Assembly (NCBI RefSeq): GCF_011386835.1
Contig: NC_088814.1
Location: 3,968,001 to 4,032,000 of the forward strand
Direction of reading: 5' to 3'
Length of the DNA stretch: 64,000 bases
From: Chrysemys picta bellii
Taxonomy: Eukaryota
Below are positions 47,201 to 59,000 of the stretch, piece after piece. The notes beneath the pieces are model-generated. The model worked only from the letters and a program-made list of their open reading frames with translations. It was not told the origin of the DNA and searched no databases. Both the position numbers and the translations under genes were made by a program. Position 1 is the first letter of the stretch. Each line of letters opens with the position of its first letter.

Positions 47201-49874
47201 GGGTGTGTGACGCACACATGGAGCGTCTGGCCTCCAGCCCGGCGTCGAGAAGTCTGGATCCCACATGTGTAGGTGGCCTGTGTGCCGGAGCCCAGCTGGG
47301 CCTGTATTATACTCCTGGGGCTTCTGGCTCTCACCGCCCACTGCTGCTTGTGTCGGGCTCTGACCTGCTGTGAGGAACACCCCGGCTCAGCACGTCCTTT
47401 GGGGTAAGACTAACGCACACACGTGTGCAAATGTACATATACAGACATGCCCACGACACACACACACACACAGAGAAATACACCCCCTCCACATGCTCAG
47501 ACGCCCCCCGGAAGCAGAGAGACCCCCCCCACAAACACACCCACACATGCGATTTGTTCGGACTCAGTCGGTCTGTGGCAAGGTCCCCGCGTTCTTGTCC
47601 CTGTTTCGGGAAGCCGGGCAATACGCCCCACACTGCATTCCAGGGTTAACAATTCACCATTCCCTTCCCTTTGTCTGTTATGGCGCCACAGGCCCGAGCC
47701 CCAAATTCAGATCTGGGTTCAGATTCCAGCCTCCCCGTGGGGTTCGGATCTGGGCCTTGGACTGGGGCCCATGTCCGTGCTTACTGGGATTGTTCCGAAC
47801 CTGTCTCTTGAACCCAGGGACAGCAGCTCCGTTTCCCAGCCAGCAAAGCCAACAGTGCTGTGACTCGCAGCAGGGAAATGCGCTCGGAGGAACGGACATC
47901 GCATGAAATCCATCTCCGGGGAGTTCAGACACCACGTCTGTTTGCAGCCTCCTGGCCTTCCCCTGGGCAGCGAGCACAGGGCTGCTTGGGATGGATGCGG
48001 CTGGAGCGTGACCTGCCCCCACAGCCCCTTTTCCTCTACCCGCTGGAGGCTGTTGGAGCAGACGTGCCGTGATTGCCCTGCCCGATCCTTCCCCCCGGAG
48101 TCAATGAGATGGAAGCCAGCTCAGAGCCCAGGCAGCCGCTTGGCAATTACACGCCACGTCTTTCCCGCTAACGAGGCTGACAGGCGCTGGGTAAACCTCT
48201 GAGACGCTGACTGCCCTGAGAACAGGCACGTTCCTGCAAGGACGGAGAAACCCCGATAGAGGAGACAGCTCCCCCATATAACCGAGTGACAGGCATCTTA
48301 CAGCAACAAAGCACCAACTACCCGTTGGCTCACCCTAGGAGGCAAGTCGGCATCAACATCCCCAGATGGGGAAACTGAGGCACAAAGGTGCCCACAGACA
48401 CCTAGGGAGCAGGACGAGAAATCAGGGAGTCTTGGCTCCCAGTCCACACGCAGTGCGCTGGTGCTGACCAGTGCTAGGGCGAGCCAATCCCAGGCACCGC
48501 CCAGTCGGTCGATCCCAGAGATCCACCGGCTCTGCGGGCACTGGTGCAGATGGATGGAGACACAGTGCAGGCACATGGCGACTGGCCGAGCCTCGTGTCA
48601 GAGCAGGCCATATCCCCGTGCTGGTGTCATGGTGCCCCTCTTCCCCCTGAGGTGGTGAAGCAACGTCACTGCTTGGCTGCCAGGAGGGGGGGGCGCTGCT
48701 GAGTGGCACGGGGCCCCTTTCACCACCCCGCCATGCTGAGCAGAGTGGGGGGCAGAGACTAGAAATGCCTGCGTGGAAGTGCATCGTGCTGTCTGGAGAG
48801 CCAGCCCAAGTCAGGCCTCTGGGGACCCTCGGCATCCTGCCCTCCAGCCCCCAGGCTAGGGGACGACCTTCCTCCAGCAGCTGCTTTCCCAGCCCCGTGG
48901 GCTGCTCGGAGGACAACGTTCCCAGTCCCCGGCCACGACCTGCCCTGGCCCCATTACACCCCACGCCTGCCTCTGAGCCCTCCTGCTGGCTTGTCTCCAC
49001 CAGGGGCTGCAGCTGAGCCTGGGGCAGGGGACTTGTGGCCGTTCCCACGGGCTCGCCCAGCCCAAACTCCTGGGGAGGCTCGGCTCTGGGGCAGCACCCA
49101 AGCCCTGTGCTTTGGCTAAACCAAGAGCCCCCAGCACAGAGGCCACAATGCCTCATTGCCCTCCACAGTGCCTCAGTTTCCCCAGGAGGCGGCACACACG
49201 CCCTGCTCTCTTTGGCCACACAGCGGGTTTCTCGCCTGCTCCTGCTTTCTTGTGGCTCTGGGGCTGGCTCGGCCCCTGACCTGGCGGCTGGCCCCGTCTC
49301 CATTTTGGCTCCCAGAAGCCAGGTGGCCCCTCTCCCCAAGCGGCTGGCACATGGGCACCATTCCCGGGAACGCAGGGCCTGTTGGGTTGGCACGAGCCGT
49401 CCCACGCTACATGGAGAACGTGCTCACGGGTGCCAGGCCAGGCGGAGGAGCTGAGGTGAGTAACCAGTAACGAGAGGCCAAGAGCGGGTTTGGCAGTGCC
49501 CGGGTGGCCCCTCAGAGCCGGGGGTGACTCGTGTTCCTGCTGGGGCAGGCGCGTTCCCATGGGCAGAGCTGAGTCAGGGCTGGGTTATGGAAAAGTACCA
49601 GGAGCCAGCGAGGGCCCATCAGGCTGCGTTAGCATCTCCGGCCTGGGCTAGGAATTTTCCATCGTCTCATGTGTCACGTCGCATTGATATTTACTTCCAC
49701 TCGTAGGCTGGGGGAGCAAAGCCGCAGGGAGGCTCCGGCTGTCTCAGCAGCAGCTCGGAGGGCGGCTCCCGGAGGGGCTGGTGTGACAGGGGCAGCAGGT
49801 CTGTGCGCCGCACGCCCCGGTGCTAAGGTAGTGACCGGGCTCTGGAGCTGGGCTGGAGCTCGGAAGCCACTCAG

Positions 49875-50075
49875 CCCTCAGTGCCCCCCAGAGACACGGG
49901 GCGCCGCACGCACGGCGCTGGGAGCCCTCAGTGCCCCCCAGAGACACGGGGCGCTGCATGCACCGCGCTGGGAGCCCTCAGTGCTCCCCAGAGACACGGG
50001 GCGCCGCACGCACCGCGCTGGGAGCCCTCAGTGCCCCCCAGAGACACGGGGCGCCGCACGCACCGCGCTGGGAGC
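49875..50075. repeat. Minisatellite, 50-bp unit, 4 copies
   Basis: gagacacggggcg at 49891, 49941, 49991 and 50041. Confidence 0.9.
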
Positions 50076-50112
50076 TATCCCAATTTTTCACACTTGCTGT
50101 CTGGTCACCCTA
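50075..50112. mobile_element. Right-end fragment of the same MITE family
   Basis: tttttcacacttgctgtctggtcacccta matches the right end of the 53963-54076 copy. Confidence 0.6.
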
Positions 50113-50639
50113 GACCCACCCCCTGCCAGTGTCTCTCCAATGCACATCCCAGACTGAGGCCAGAGGCCCAGTGCCCTCTGCCCAGGGTACCCCACTGAGA
50201 AGTTTAAGGGAGAGATCCCCCCGATTAACAGTGCAGATCACGAGGGATCATCTAGGGCTCTAGGTTTCCAGCCACACCTCAAAGAGCGGGGGGCTGGGAT
50301 TCCAGGCCAGTACGTTGAGCACCAACAAAAGCGATCACAGCTCTGTTCTGTGCACTCCGCTGCAGGGAGAGGTCACTGACCCAGATCCTGGCAGGCTGGC
50401 TCTCCGGCTATTAATAACATCTGTCGCTATGCAAGGCAGGGCCAGCGCAGCTCTCAGGTGTCAGGGCACAAGGGGTCAGGAAGGAACTGATGCTCAGCCA
50501 TGTGCCCCGCTGTGCCTGTGGCCAGGTGCATTGTGGGTTGTTGTGGCAGAGAGAAGGGCTGCCTTCCACAGCAGCAGCAATCGCCTACTGCTGGAGTCTG
50601 GGGGAAGCAGAAGATGGGTCCATTGGTCTGATCCAGAGC

Positions 50640-50800
50640 AGCAGGGATGGGGGATACTGGGGTAGATGGGCCCATTGGTTGGCTCTGGGGCAGCAGGGGC
50701 GGGATACCGGGGTAGATGGGCCCGTTGGTTGGCTCTGGGGCAGCAGGGGCGGGATACCGGGGTAGATGGGCCCGTTGGTTGGCTCTGGGGCAGCAGGGGC
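50640..50800. repeat. Minisatellite, 50-bp unit, 3 copies
   Basis: ggtagatgggccc at 50661, 50711 and 50761. Confidence 0.9.
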
Positions 50801-52699
50801 ACGTGCACTTTGAATCTTGCAAGGGCAGTGCTAGGAGGCAGCATAGTGAGTCCTTCATTGCAGCACCGAGCACATACCTGACGCCCACCTCCCTCACCGG
50901 CACCAGCCCAGCCCCCCCCCTGTGGTTTGGGCCCCTCTCCTCACCAGCCTCCCTGGCTGACAGATTGGGAGCAGCTGTGGATGGAGCTGGCCCCTGGCCA
51001 GGGCTCTGGGCTGCGCTGAGGCCCGGCTCTCACCTGGGGGTAGCTGGGAAGCTTCCCGACCTGTCAGGATGCATCACACTCAGGGCTCCGGCCAGGCAGG
51101 GACAAGCACGTCTCGGCTGGGCTCCAGCCAGGGCTTGGGAACAGAGACCTCAGTCTCATGCTGGGCTCTGAGGGGGGAGCCCTGGTGGTGGGGGGAGCCC
51201 CTGCCCTCATGGGGGGGGGGCTTATCCACAGGGCAGGGCTGTACCCCCTCCTCCCAGCGCCAGCCTGGAACATGCCCCGGATGGAGAGACAGCCCCCCAT
51301 GCACTTCGGCACCACAAGCCAGCACTGACTGGGAGGGGAGCAGGCCCCTAACCTGCTCCCGCAGCACAGCGCCCCCTAGCACCCCACTGGGGCAAGTGCT
51401 GACCCCCCTTTCCCTCAGCACAGCACTGACCACCAGGGGAGAGCGTCCCCTAGTGAGCCCCCTGCCCCGCCCCGGGGCCAGCACTGACTGCAAGGAGAGG
51501 TTTTCCTTGGTGCTCTCCCCACCCAAGGGCTCACCGTGGCCCGTCCCGCTCGCGAGTTCAGCCCTGATCCCAGCCCGCAGCAGCAAACGCCCGGAGCTGG
51601 GCAAAACCACCTTAAAAAAACACCACCACCACCTGAAAGCGTTCAATGCCCAGCGTGAGACGCCTTTAAAAGGAAAAAGAATCGGACCGTGAAAGCAAAC
51701 AAAGGCTGGAATAATTGCAGCGTGTTCCGCTCCATACGGCGCACAGGGGCCTTCCCGGACCACCTGCATTTGCAGAAGGGGGCTTGGGAGCGAATTCTCT
51801 TCTGCCCAGAGCCCCTCCGTTTGCTCACCGAGGGCAGGGGCTTCTGAGAAGGGAGATAGCATGGGGGGGTGTTTCCCCCCCTCAGTGAGTGTTGTGACTC
51901 TCTGTTATTGTAGGGCCCACAGGACCCCTGTGCGCTAGGCACTGTACATGGCCCCAGAAAGGGCCTGATGGTTGTTTGGAGTTATGCGCTTGCCCTACAG
52001 GTTTGGTGCTGGCTCTTAGGAGCCATCCACACTGGGCAGACGCGCTGGCATGTGAAAAATGGCAGCAGAACCACGGGCAGCAGGTCAGGTACCTGCCTGC
52101 ACCTGTACACAGGGGGCTGGGGGGGTTTGTTCTCAGGTGCAGCTGGCTAGTCCGGCTGGGGCGCACGCTCCCCGCTGCCGTGTAGACGTGCCCTTAGAGG
52201 CACAAGTGGAGCGAATCCAGGGGCCTCAGCCCCGTTTCCTCACACCAACCCCGCAGGGCCGTGCAGCCGTCCCTCGGGGCGACGGGCTAGGGCGAGACAC
52301 CCTGCTGCGTGCCAGCGCCGTGCCCGGCCCCGCTCAGCCAACGCACCTCGATCCTCGCCGGGCGGGAGCATGGCGCCAGCGAAGGGTTAAACGGGCAAGC
52401 CGGCCCCCGCAGCCCCTAAAGACAGAGCGAGGGAGGACGGGACCGTTTCCAAACCACTAGGCAAATGCCAGGCCAATTTGCATTAGCCGCAAAGTGCGGC
52501 CCCCCCCTCGGAGCTGCCCCAGCTCCTGCCAAGTGCTGCCCATCACAGGCGAGTTCAGCACTTCCCTGACACATGGGGGGAGGGGGGAGATGTGTGTGGA
52601 TGTGCCCAGAAACCATCTCCAGCGCTCGTCCATCCCCACGCGCCATTGCCTAGGGGATCCGCTGAGACCCATGAACAGGGGAGAGGTGTTGCTACATAG

Positions 52700-53040
52700 C
52701 ATGCACCCCTCCATGCACACTGCAGCCCCTGGGCCCCCTTGCACCCCCAGCCATCCCTATGCACCCCCATCTCCCATGCACACCCCAGCTCCTCATGCGC
52801 CCCTCCATGCACACTGCAGCCCCCGGGCCCCCTTGCACCCCCATCTCCCATGCACACCCCAGCTCCTCATGCGCCCCTCCATGCACACTGCAGCCCCCGG
52901 GCCCCCTTGCATCCCCATCTCCCATGCACACCCCAGCTCCTCATGCACCCCTCCATGCACACTGCAGCCCCCGGGCCCCCTTGCACCCCCATCTCCCATG
53001 CACACCCCAGCTCCTCATGCGCCCCTCCATGCACACTTCT
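52700..53040. repeat. Minisatellite, 74-bp unit, about 4 copies
   Basis: tgcagcccc at 52721, 52815, 52889 and 52963. Confidence 0.9.
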
Positions 53041-53962
53041 CACTCCCCCAGCCCCCTATGCACACCCCCCAGCCTCCCACCCACCCTCAAAGCACACCTG
53101 CATACCAACCCACTGACAGACAAGTGCTCGTCTCTCACACGCACAGCCTCCACAGTCCCCACCCTAGCTCCCTCCCCATCCCCCAGTATCCTTGCCCCCA
53201 TGCCCCCCCCCAAGTCCCCAGACTCTTATCCCCCTCCCCTGTCCCCCCACCCCCATCACCAGCTCTTTCTGCTCATGTGTGTCCAGGCTTTAAGGAGAGC
53301 AGTTGCTTGGCATTAACCCTTTCCCTGCACTGACACTACCAGTTTTGGGGATGGGGGGGGGGGAAGCGGCCAGCAAGGCATCCATTAACATTAATGCTTA
53401 CCCCTATCCCAATCCAGGCTCATTCATCTCAAAGCCCCTTCCACCCTGTGGTGCCCCACATCCCAGCCCCATTCCACCACAAGCCCTGCCCCCAACCCAC
53501 CAAATATGGGCATTCTTCACTTCCTGTCCCAAAGAGCCAGGCACCATTGCTGCATGCTGTTTGCAAGCTGCCCTGTTCCGCCCCGAGAGGGCTGCGTTTC
53601 AGCACTGAGGGGAAGCGATTCCTGTGTATCCAGCCCCATAGGGAGTGTTGTGAGGTTGGATCGGTGCCTCTAGGAGCATGCAACGCCCTCCCAGATACTG
53701 CCCCCTTGGGCTGGGCAATGCCGTGGAGAAGACTTCCCTGCCACCAGCCCATGGGCAAATTCACATCTGTCCAGAGCTCTGGGGCCCCAGCTCCCAGCTG
53801 AGAGCATGTACTTGCAGAGAGGGGTGGGGGGGTAGGGGACAGCCCCAGCTCGGATAATAGAGGGCACAGCTGGGGGTGAGGCTGGAGGAGCATCAGCTCT
53901 GCACTCCTGCATCTGGGATCAGTACCAGGAGATGGGGTGGGGGGAGGAGAGAGACGACTGCC

Positions 53963-54076
53963 TAGGGTGACCACACAGTCTATTAGAGGTTGTGTCTTAT
54001 AGAGGCCCCTCTACACCCCCTCCCGCCTCCCCCCAAAAGTGTCCTGATTTTCCACACTTGCTGTCTGCTCACCCTC
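53963..54076. mobile_element. Second, more decayed copy of the TAGGGTGACCA MITE family
   Basis: Starts tagggtgacca and ends ccacacttgctgtctgctcaccct. No target-site duplication was seen. Confidence 0.65.
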
Positions 54077-55706
54077 TGCTGGCCCCCTGGTGGAGAATTC
54101 ACACCCTAGGGGTAGCACTTCATCCCCTGCCAAGGGGGGGGGGGGGGAAAGAGAGAAGAGGGCAAGCCCTGGCTTGGGGAAGTGGGGGGCAGGGGGGGGG
54201 GGAGGAGAGAAGAGCAGTGCCCAGATACATCAGAGCAGCTGGGGCCAGGAGGCTGGTGCAGCAAAAGGCCCAGATCAAGGTCAGGTCCCCTCCCTGCGAG
54301 AGCTGAGTCAGAGGCAGCCACCCCCACTGCACTGAGTCACCTGCCTGGGGAACTCTGGAGGGGGCAGGCAGAGGGATGCCCCCACTGCCTCCTGCTCAAG
54401 GGGGGGGGGGGAAGAAGAGAAGAGCAGAACAGAACTCAGCCTACACCCCCTGCCCCCCTGGAGCCAGACCCCTCTGTGCTGGAGCAGGCTGCCCTCCAGC
54501 CAGGACAGCACGAGCCAGATCGCAGACCCCTACCACAGGGGGAGCAACAATGCCCATGCCAGCCCCACAGGCACCCCTTCAAGACAGCTCCCAGTCCTTC
54601 CACAGACCCCTCAACTTGGCTGCCCTTGGGGGCTAAGCCCCAGCTTAACGGGGCTCCAGGTTTGCATCAAGGATGCCAGCCTTGCCCACCCCCTCGCATT
54701 GCCCAGGGAGGAGGGGGGAGTCCTGGGCTATGCCCAGCCCCCTGGGGGAGCAGGCCAGGGAGGGGAGAGCTTGAAGGGGCTCCCAGCAAAGGCTCTGTCC
54801 AAGCCCGAGCATAGGGGCATCATTCAGCATCAGGCTCCTACAGTGCACTCGGCCCTCCCCAGCCGGGGAGCGATGCTGGGCATCTCACTCCTCCCCCGCC
54901 CACTCCGCTGCTCCTGCACTCATGCCTCAGCCAATGAGCATTTAGGGCAGAGCTGTTTGCTGGGTGCTCCAGGGACTACCCACTTCAGCTCCCCCTACCC
55001 CACCCAGGGCCTGAGCCAGCCTGCATCTGGGCCTGGCTCCATGCACCAGCCCAGGAAGGGCACAGGAGGGGGCGTGAGATGGCTCACCCAGGCTGCAGCT
55101 GGGGCCCTTCCCCACCCTGACTGCAGAGTCCCACCTGCCCAGGACCCACACCTGGGGCTGGACAGCCAGGAGAGGTCTTGCTTCATGGAGTGTCACAGCT
55201 GGATCAGCCACCATCCACACCCTCCCTGCTACACCACTGTGAACATGGCCAATACAGCAGCAGGGCACCAGGCTGCCAGCCACTCCCTACCCCCAGACTC
55301 CCTACGATGGGGAGCACAGGGTCCCCCTTCCCATGAGTGACCTAGGGGGGCTTTCCTTGTGCAGCATGGCCCCTACCTCCTCAGAGGTTGAGCTGGAGAC
55401 CCCCAGAGGCTGAGGGAAGGGGAGTGACAGGAGAGGTCAGTCTCTGTACCATTGGACCAGGAATAACTGCTGATTCTAGCTCCGCTCGGTGACCACCACC
55501 CTCCCCAGAGCTTGGGGCTGGCTCTGGCCACAGCAGCTTCTGGTAACAGTGCCCAGAAAGAGCCTAAGGCAACCCCCCAGCACTAGGAACACAGCTGGGG
55601 TGTGTGGTTAGCACCTCATGCCCCCCACCAGGCCCTGAGCTAAGAGACTGGATGGGGTAGAGGAGGAAAGACCAGAGGAGATGAGGGCTCAGCTTTCCAG
55701 CAAGTG

Positions 55707-55712
55707 TTTATT
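55707..55712 (-). terminator. Polyadenylation signal AATAAA of the p43 gene
   Basis: tttatt on the plus strand, about 380 nt after the stop codon. It is the first canonical hexamer noticed in a GC-rich 3' region. Confidence 0.65.
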
Positions 55713-56091
55713 GCTCACAGCAGCCCCAGCTGGGAGTGCTTGGCCCACCTGTCACACCTGCAGGTGGTCACAGGCCAGGCACCCCCCAAACCCAGCCCCT
55801 GTCCTTGCAGCAAGAACCCCACACCCTCGCCAGGGACAGCCCTGACCCGTGCTTAAACTCAAGAGACACTCTCTACCGGGGGGAAAAACTCAACATAAAA
55901 GGGAGGTTCATTTGCCCGGCTGGCTGGGCCAGTCTCTTCCTGCCCAGGGAGCTTCCCCGCCCTCCACCTATTCCGGGTGGAAATTAAGAGTTAAAGCAAA
56001 TACCAGCCAAAAATCGTGTCTTGCCCGGCCTTTGAGCTCCAGGGCCCCCTGCTCAGTGCCAGGCAGCAGCTCCCTGGGCGGGATGCTGGCT

Positions 56092-59000
56092 CTAGGCCAC
56101 CTCCTGCGGCCTGGTGGTCGGGGGCAGCTGGAAGAGGGCACTGAGGTTCACCTCAGGCTCCACAGCATGGCGGCCGGGGCGCTCGTTGAAGAGCCCCGAC
56201 AGGTCGCTCTCCAGCTTGGCCTTGACGCGCAGGAGGAGCGTGTGGCCCAGGCGCCCGGGGCTGTCCTCCCCCACCGGGAAGCCCGAGCGGCTGCGCTTGA
56301 GTCGCACATAGAGCTTCTGGCTGAAGAGCTGGTGCAGGTTCTCCTCCACCAGCACCCGCCGCCGGCTCTTCCTGGTGGGCCGGCAGCGCTGCAGCTGCAG
56401 AGAGATGAGTGGAGCTCAGGGCGTTGTTCCCCCTCGGAGCTCCAGCGCCTCAGGGGCTCCCCTGCCCCAGGCCCTGCTCCCCAGCTCAGCCATGCCCCAT
56501 TATAAGGCACCCCCCACCCCCAGCAACCCCTGCCCCTCCTCGACAAGCTTCTTTTGTAACCGGTGCCAGTGGAGCCACACCCCAGAGTGCTCAGGGGAGA
56601 TGTTCCCCCAGGGCAGCTCCTATGGTGGTTTGATGCTAGAGGGTCTTTCCCAGCTAACCATGTTTGAGCAATGGGGGGGTCATGCCCCACTTCCCACTGA
56701 GGTAGAAGGGTGGAGCCCCCCCCCCCCCCCCCATTTGGAATCAGACCCCAGCTTAAGTGAGATTTTGCTACTTCAGGAAGGGCCTGTGATGGACCCGCTC
56801 TGGCATGGGCCAATTACCTTCAGTTTCTTCTTTGTGGGGTCATGGACCGTCAGGTGCCGGATTAGACTCTCCTACCAAGGAAAGGAGTGTAAGTCGCCCA
56901 GCACAGACCCCTGCTCACCCTGGTTAAAGACACCCCCCCCCCACCCCAAAAAACCCACCACACCCTTATTCAAATATTTTAGGGTTACTGGGTATTCCAG
57001 TGCAGTGCCTCATGGGAGTTTAGTTCCATTTCCTCCTGATCCCTGTCTCCACTATGGGCCAGAGTCACCTGCTGAACTACATCTCCCATGATGCAACTGC
57101 TCCCCTAATCATTGGGGGAAGATTGGTGCATCATGGGAAATGTAGTCCACCCAGGGAGCCCTGCCTAGAAAGGCCAATAGGAGCATGAGGATATGGAACT
57201 ACAATTCCCATGAGGCACTATGACAGCATTTCCCAAGTTAAATATTTGGGGGGTTGATTTTTTGCCAAGTCAAAAAAATTGATCAAGTTAAAAACCCTCT
57301 TCCCCATAGGAAAAAAAAAGCCTATTTTCAGCCAGCTCCACACACAAACCCTTCGGCTGCCGCTAGTAGAAATGCCTCGAGCCAGCTCTATGCCCCACAG
57401 CTCCCCCACATCCCCAAAGCCTAGAGACCCTGCTGCTTCCTTACCCGCATGGCAAAGGCCTTCTCACAGCCAGCGAAGTAGCAACGATACTTCAGCAGCT
57501 GCAGATGCACCTTCCGGATGTGGCTCTCCAGGTTGAAGATGGTGGTGAAAGAGACCTGGCAGTCAGCTTTGGGGCACGCCCACGTGGGCTTCGGCAGCGC
57601 CCGCTTCTGCCGGCTGTGGAAGGACTTGTGCCGCCGCAGGCCGCCTGGCTTCTTGAAGGTCTTCGGGCACAGCTGGCACTTGTACTCCACTGGGCAGGAG
57701 AGCACAGGCTGTGCTCCCAGACAGAACCAACACCCCAATCGCCCTGGTGCTTCCCAGGAGTTTGGGGATTCATACCCCCACCCCCTCCCCAGAGAGGATG
57801 GGGCGGTGGAGGGTGGCCACTTCCAGCTCATTCTCAGCAGAAGTTACTTGGGAGTTGAGGGGTGGTTGGAGCCCATCTGATGGGACAAGTTCTACTGGCT
57901 GGAGTGACACAGGACTGCCCCAGGCCAGCGGAATCAGTATCCGATGGCCCTCACGGAATCCAGAGCCCCAAGGAAGGGCAGAGGCAGCACCTGAAAGCCC
58001 TCACCTACCCCAGGAGGGCCACAGGTCTGAGAAGGATGGGCAGGTTATTGAATAGCCCATCCAGAGAACAGCAGTGGCTACAGCAGGGCAGCCTTAGGAC
58101 TCAATTGTCTCTGCTCGCCTGGGGGAGGCGGCCGATCCCGCTCTTAGCACCAGCCTCCAAAGCGAGGTGGAAGCCCCACCAGGAGAACATGGGGCAAGGA
58201 TGCCAGGTGTGGCCAGACCAGCCAGGACTGAAGGTCAGCAGACACTGGGGTTTGGCCTACTGCCAGGTCCCCCATCGTTTGCCTCCACTATGACCGCCCC
58301 CCACTGGTGATGCCCAGAGAAAGGGAGACCTTGATTAGGAGAGAAACGAAGCCCTGGGCTTCTCAAGTCACATCTCCTCCCTAGCCACTGCATGGAGAAG
58401 GGAGACCTCCCCACCACCTGCTGAGGTGACCTCCCAGCCTGCTGATATTACAAGCTAGCGATGTTTGGTTTGGGATGCCACCCATTCAGTGTGTGCCCAG
58501 GGAAATGCAGGCAGACTGGTATCCGGTACCCAGATTGCATGGGGGCAAGGGGCTCCCCCACACACCTGCCTTACCAGGATGCTGCTGCAGGTGTTTCTGA
58601 TGCGCCGTCCAGGTGGACAAGACAGACCCGCAGTCTGGCTTGGGGCACAGGTATCCTGGAAGAGGGACAGGGAGGAGGATCAGCAGGTGGAGAGAGACGC
58701 TGAACTGGGCTGGAAGGAGCCACCCCAGGACCACAGGCGTTTCCAAGTGGCTGCTGAGCCCGGATGCCATGTGCTCCGAGCCACACACCAGCAGGGCACC
58801 TCCCACCACGGCGTTCTGCCCAGTGCTAGTTCTCCTCCAGGCACTGCCACGCTGTGGCTAGGGAGCAGCTGTGCCAGTGAGAAGCAGGAGCGGTCAGGGA
58901 TGTCCCCATCCCAGCCTGGGGAGGGGGGTGCAAAGGTCCACAGTGGACGGGGAGCCACAGACTGTCAAGCCAGCAACAACAGCCTCCCATTCAGCAGGCC

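Noticed and set aside
48422-49405. 327-aa ORF and similar long ORFs at 9225-10109, 9886-10752 and 52494-53333
   Set aside because: Very high GC makes stop codons rare. These ORFs run through SINEs or repeats and show no domain or convincing splice structure.
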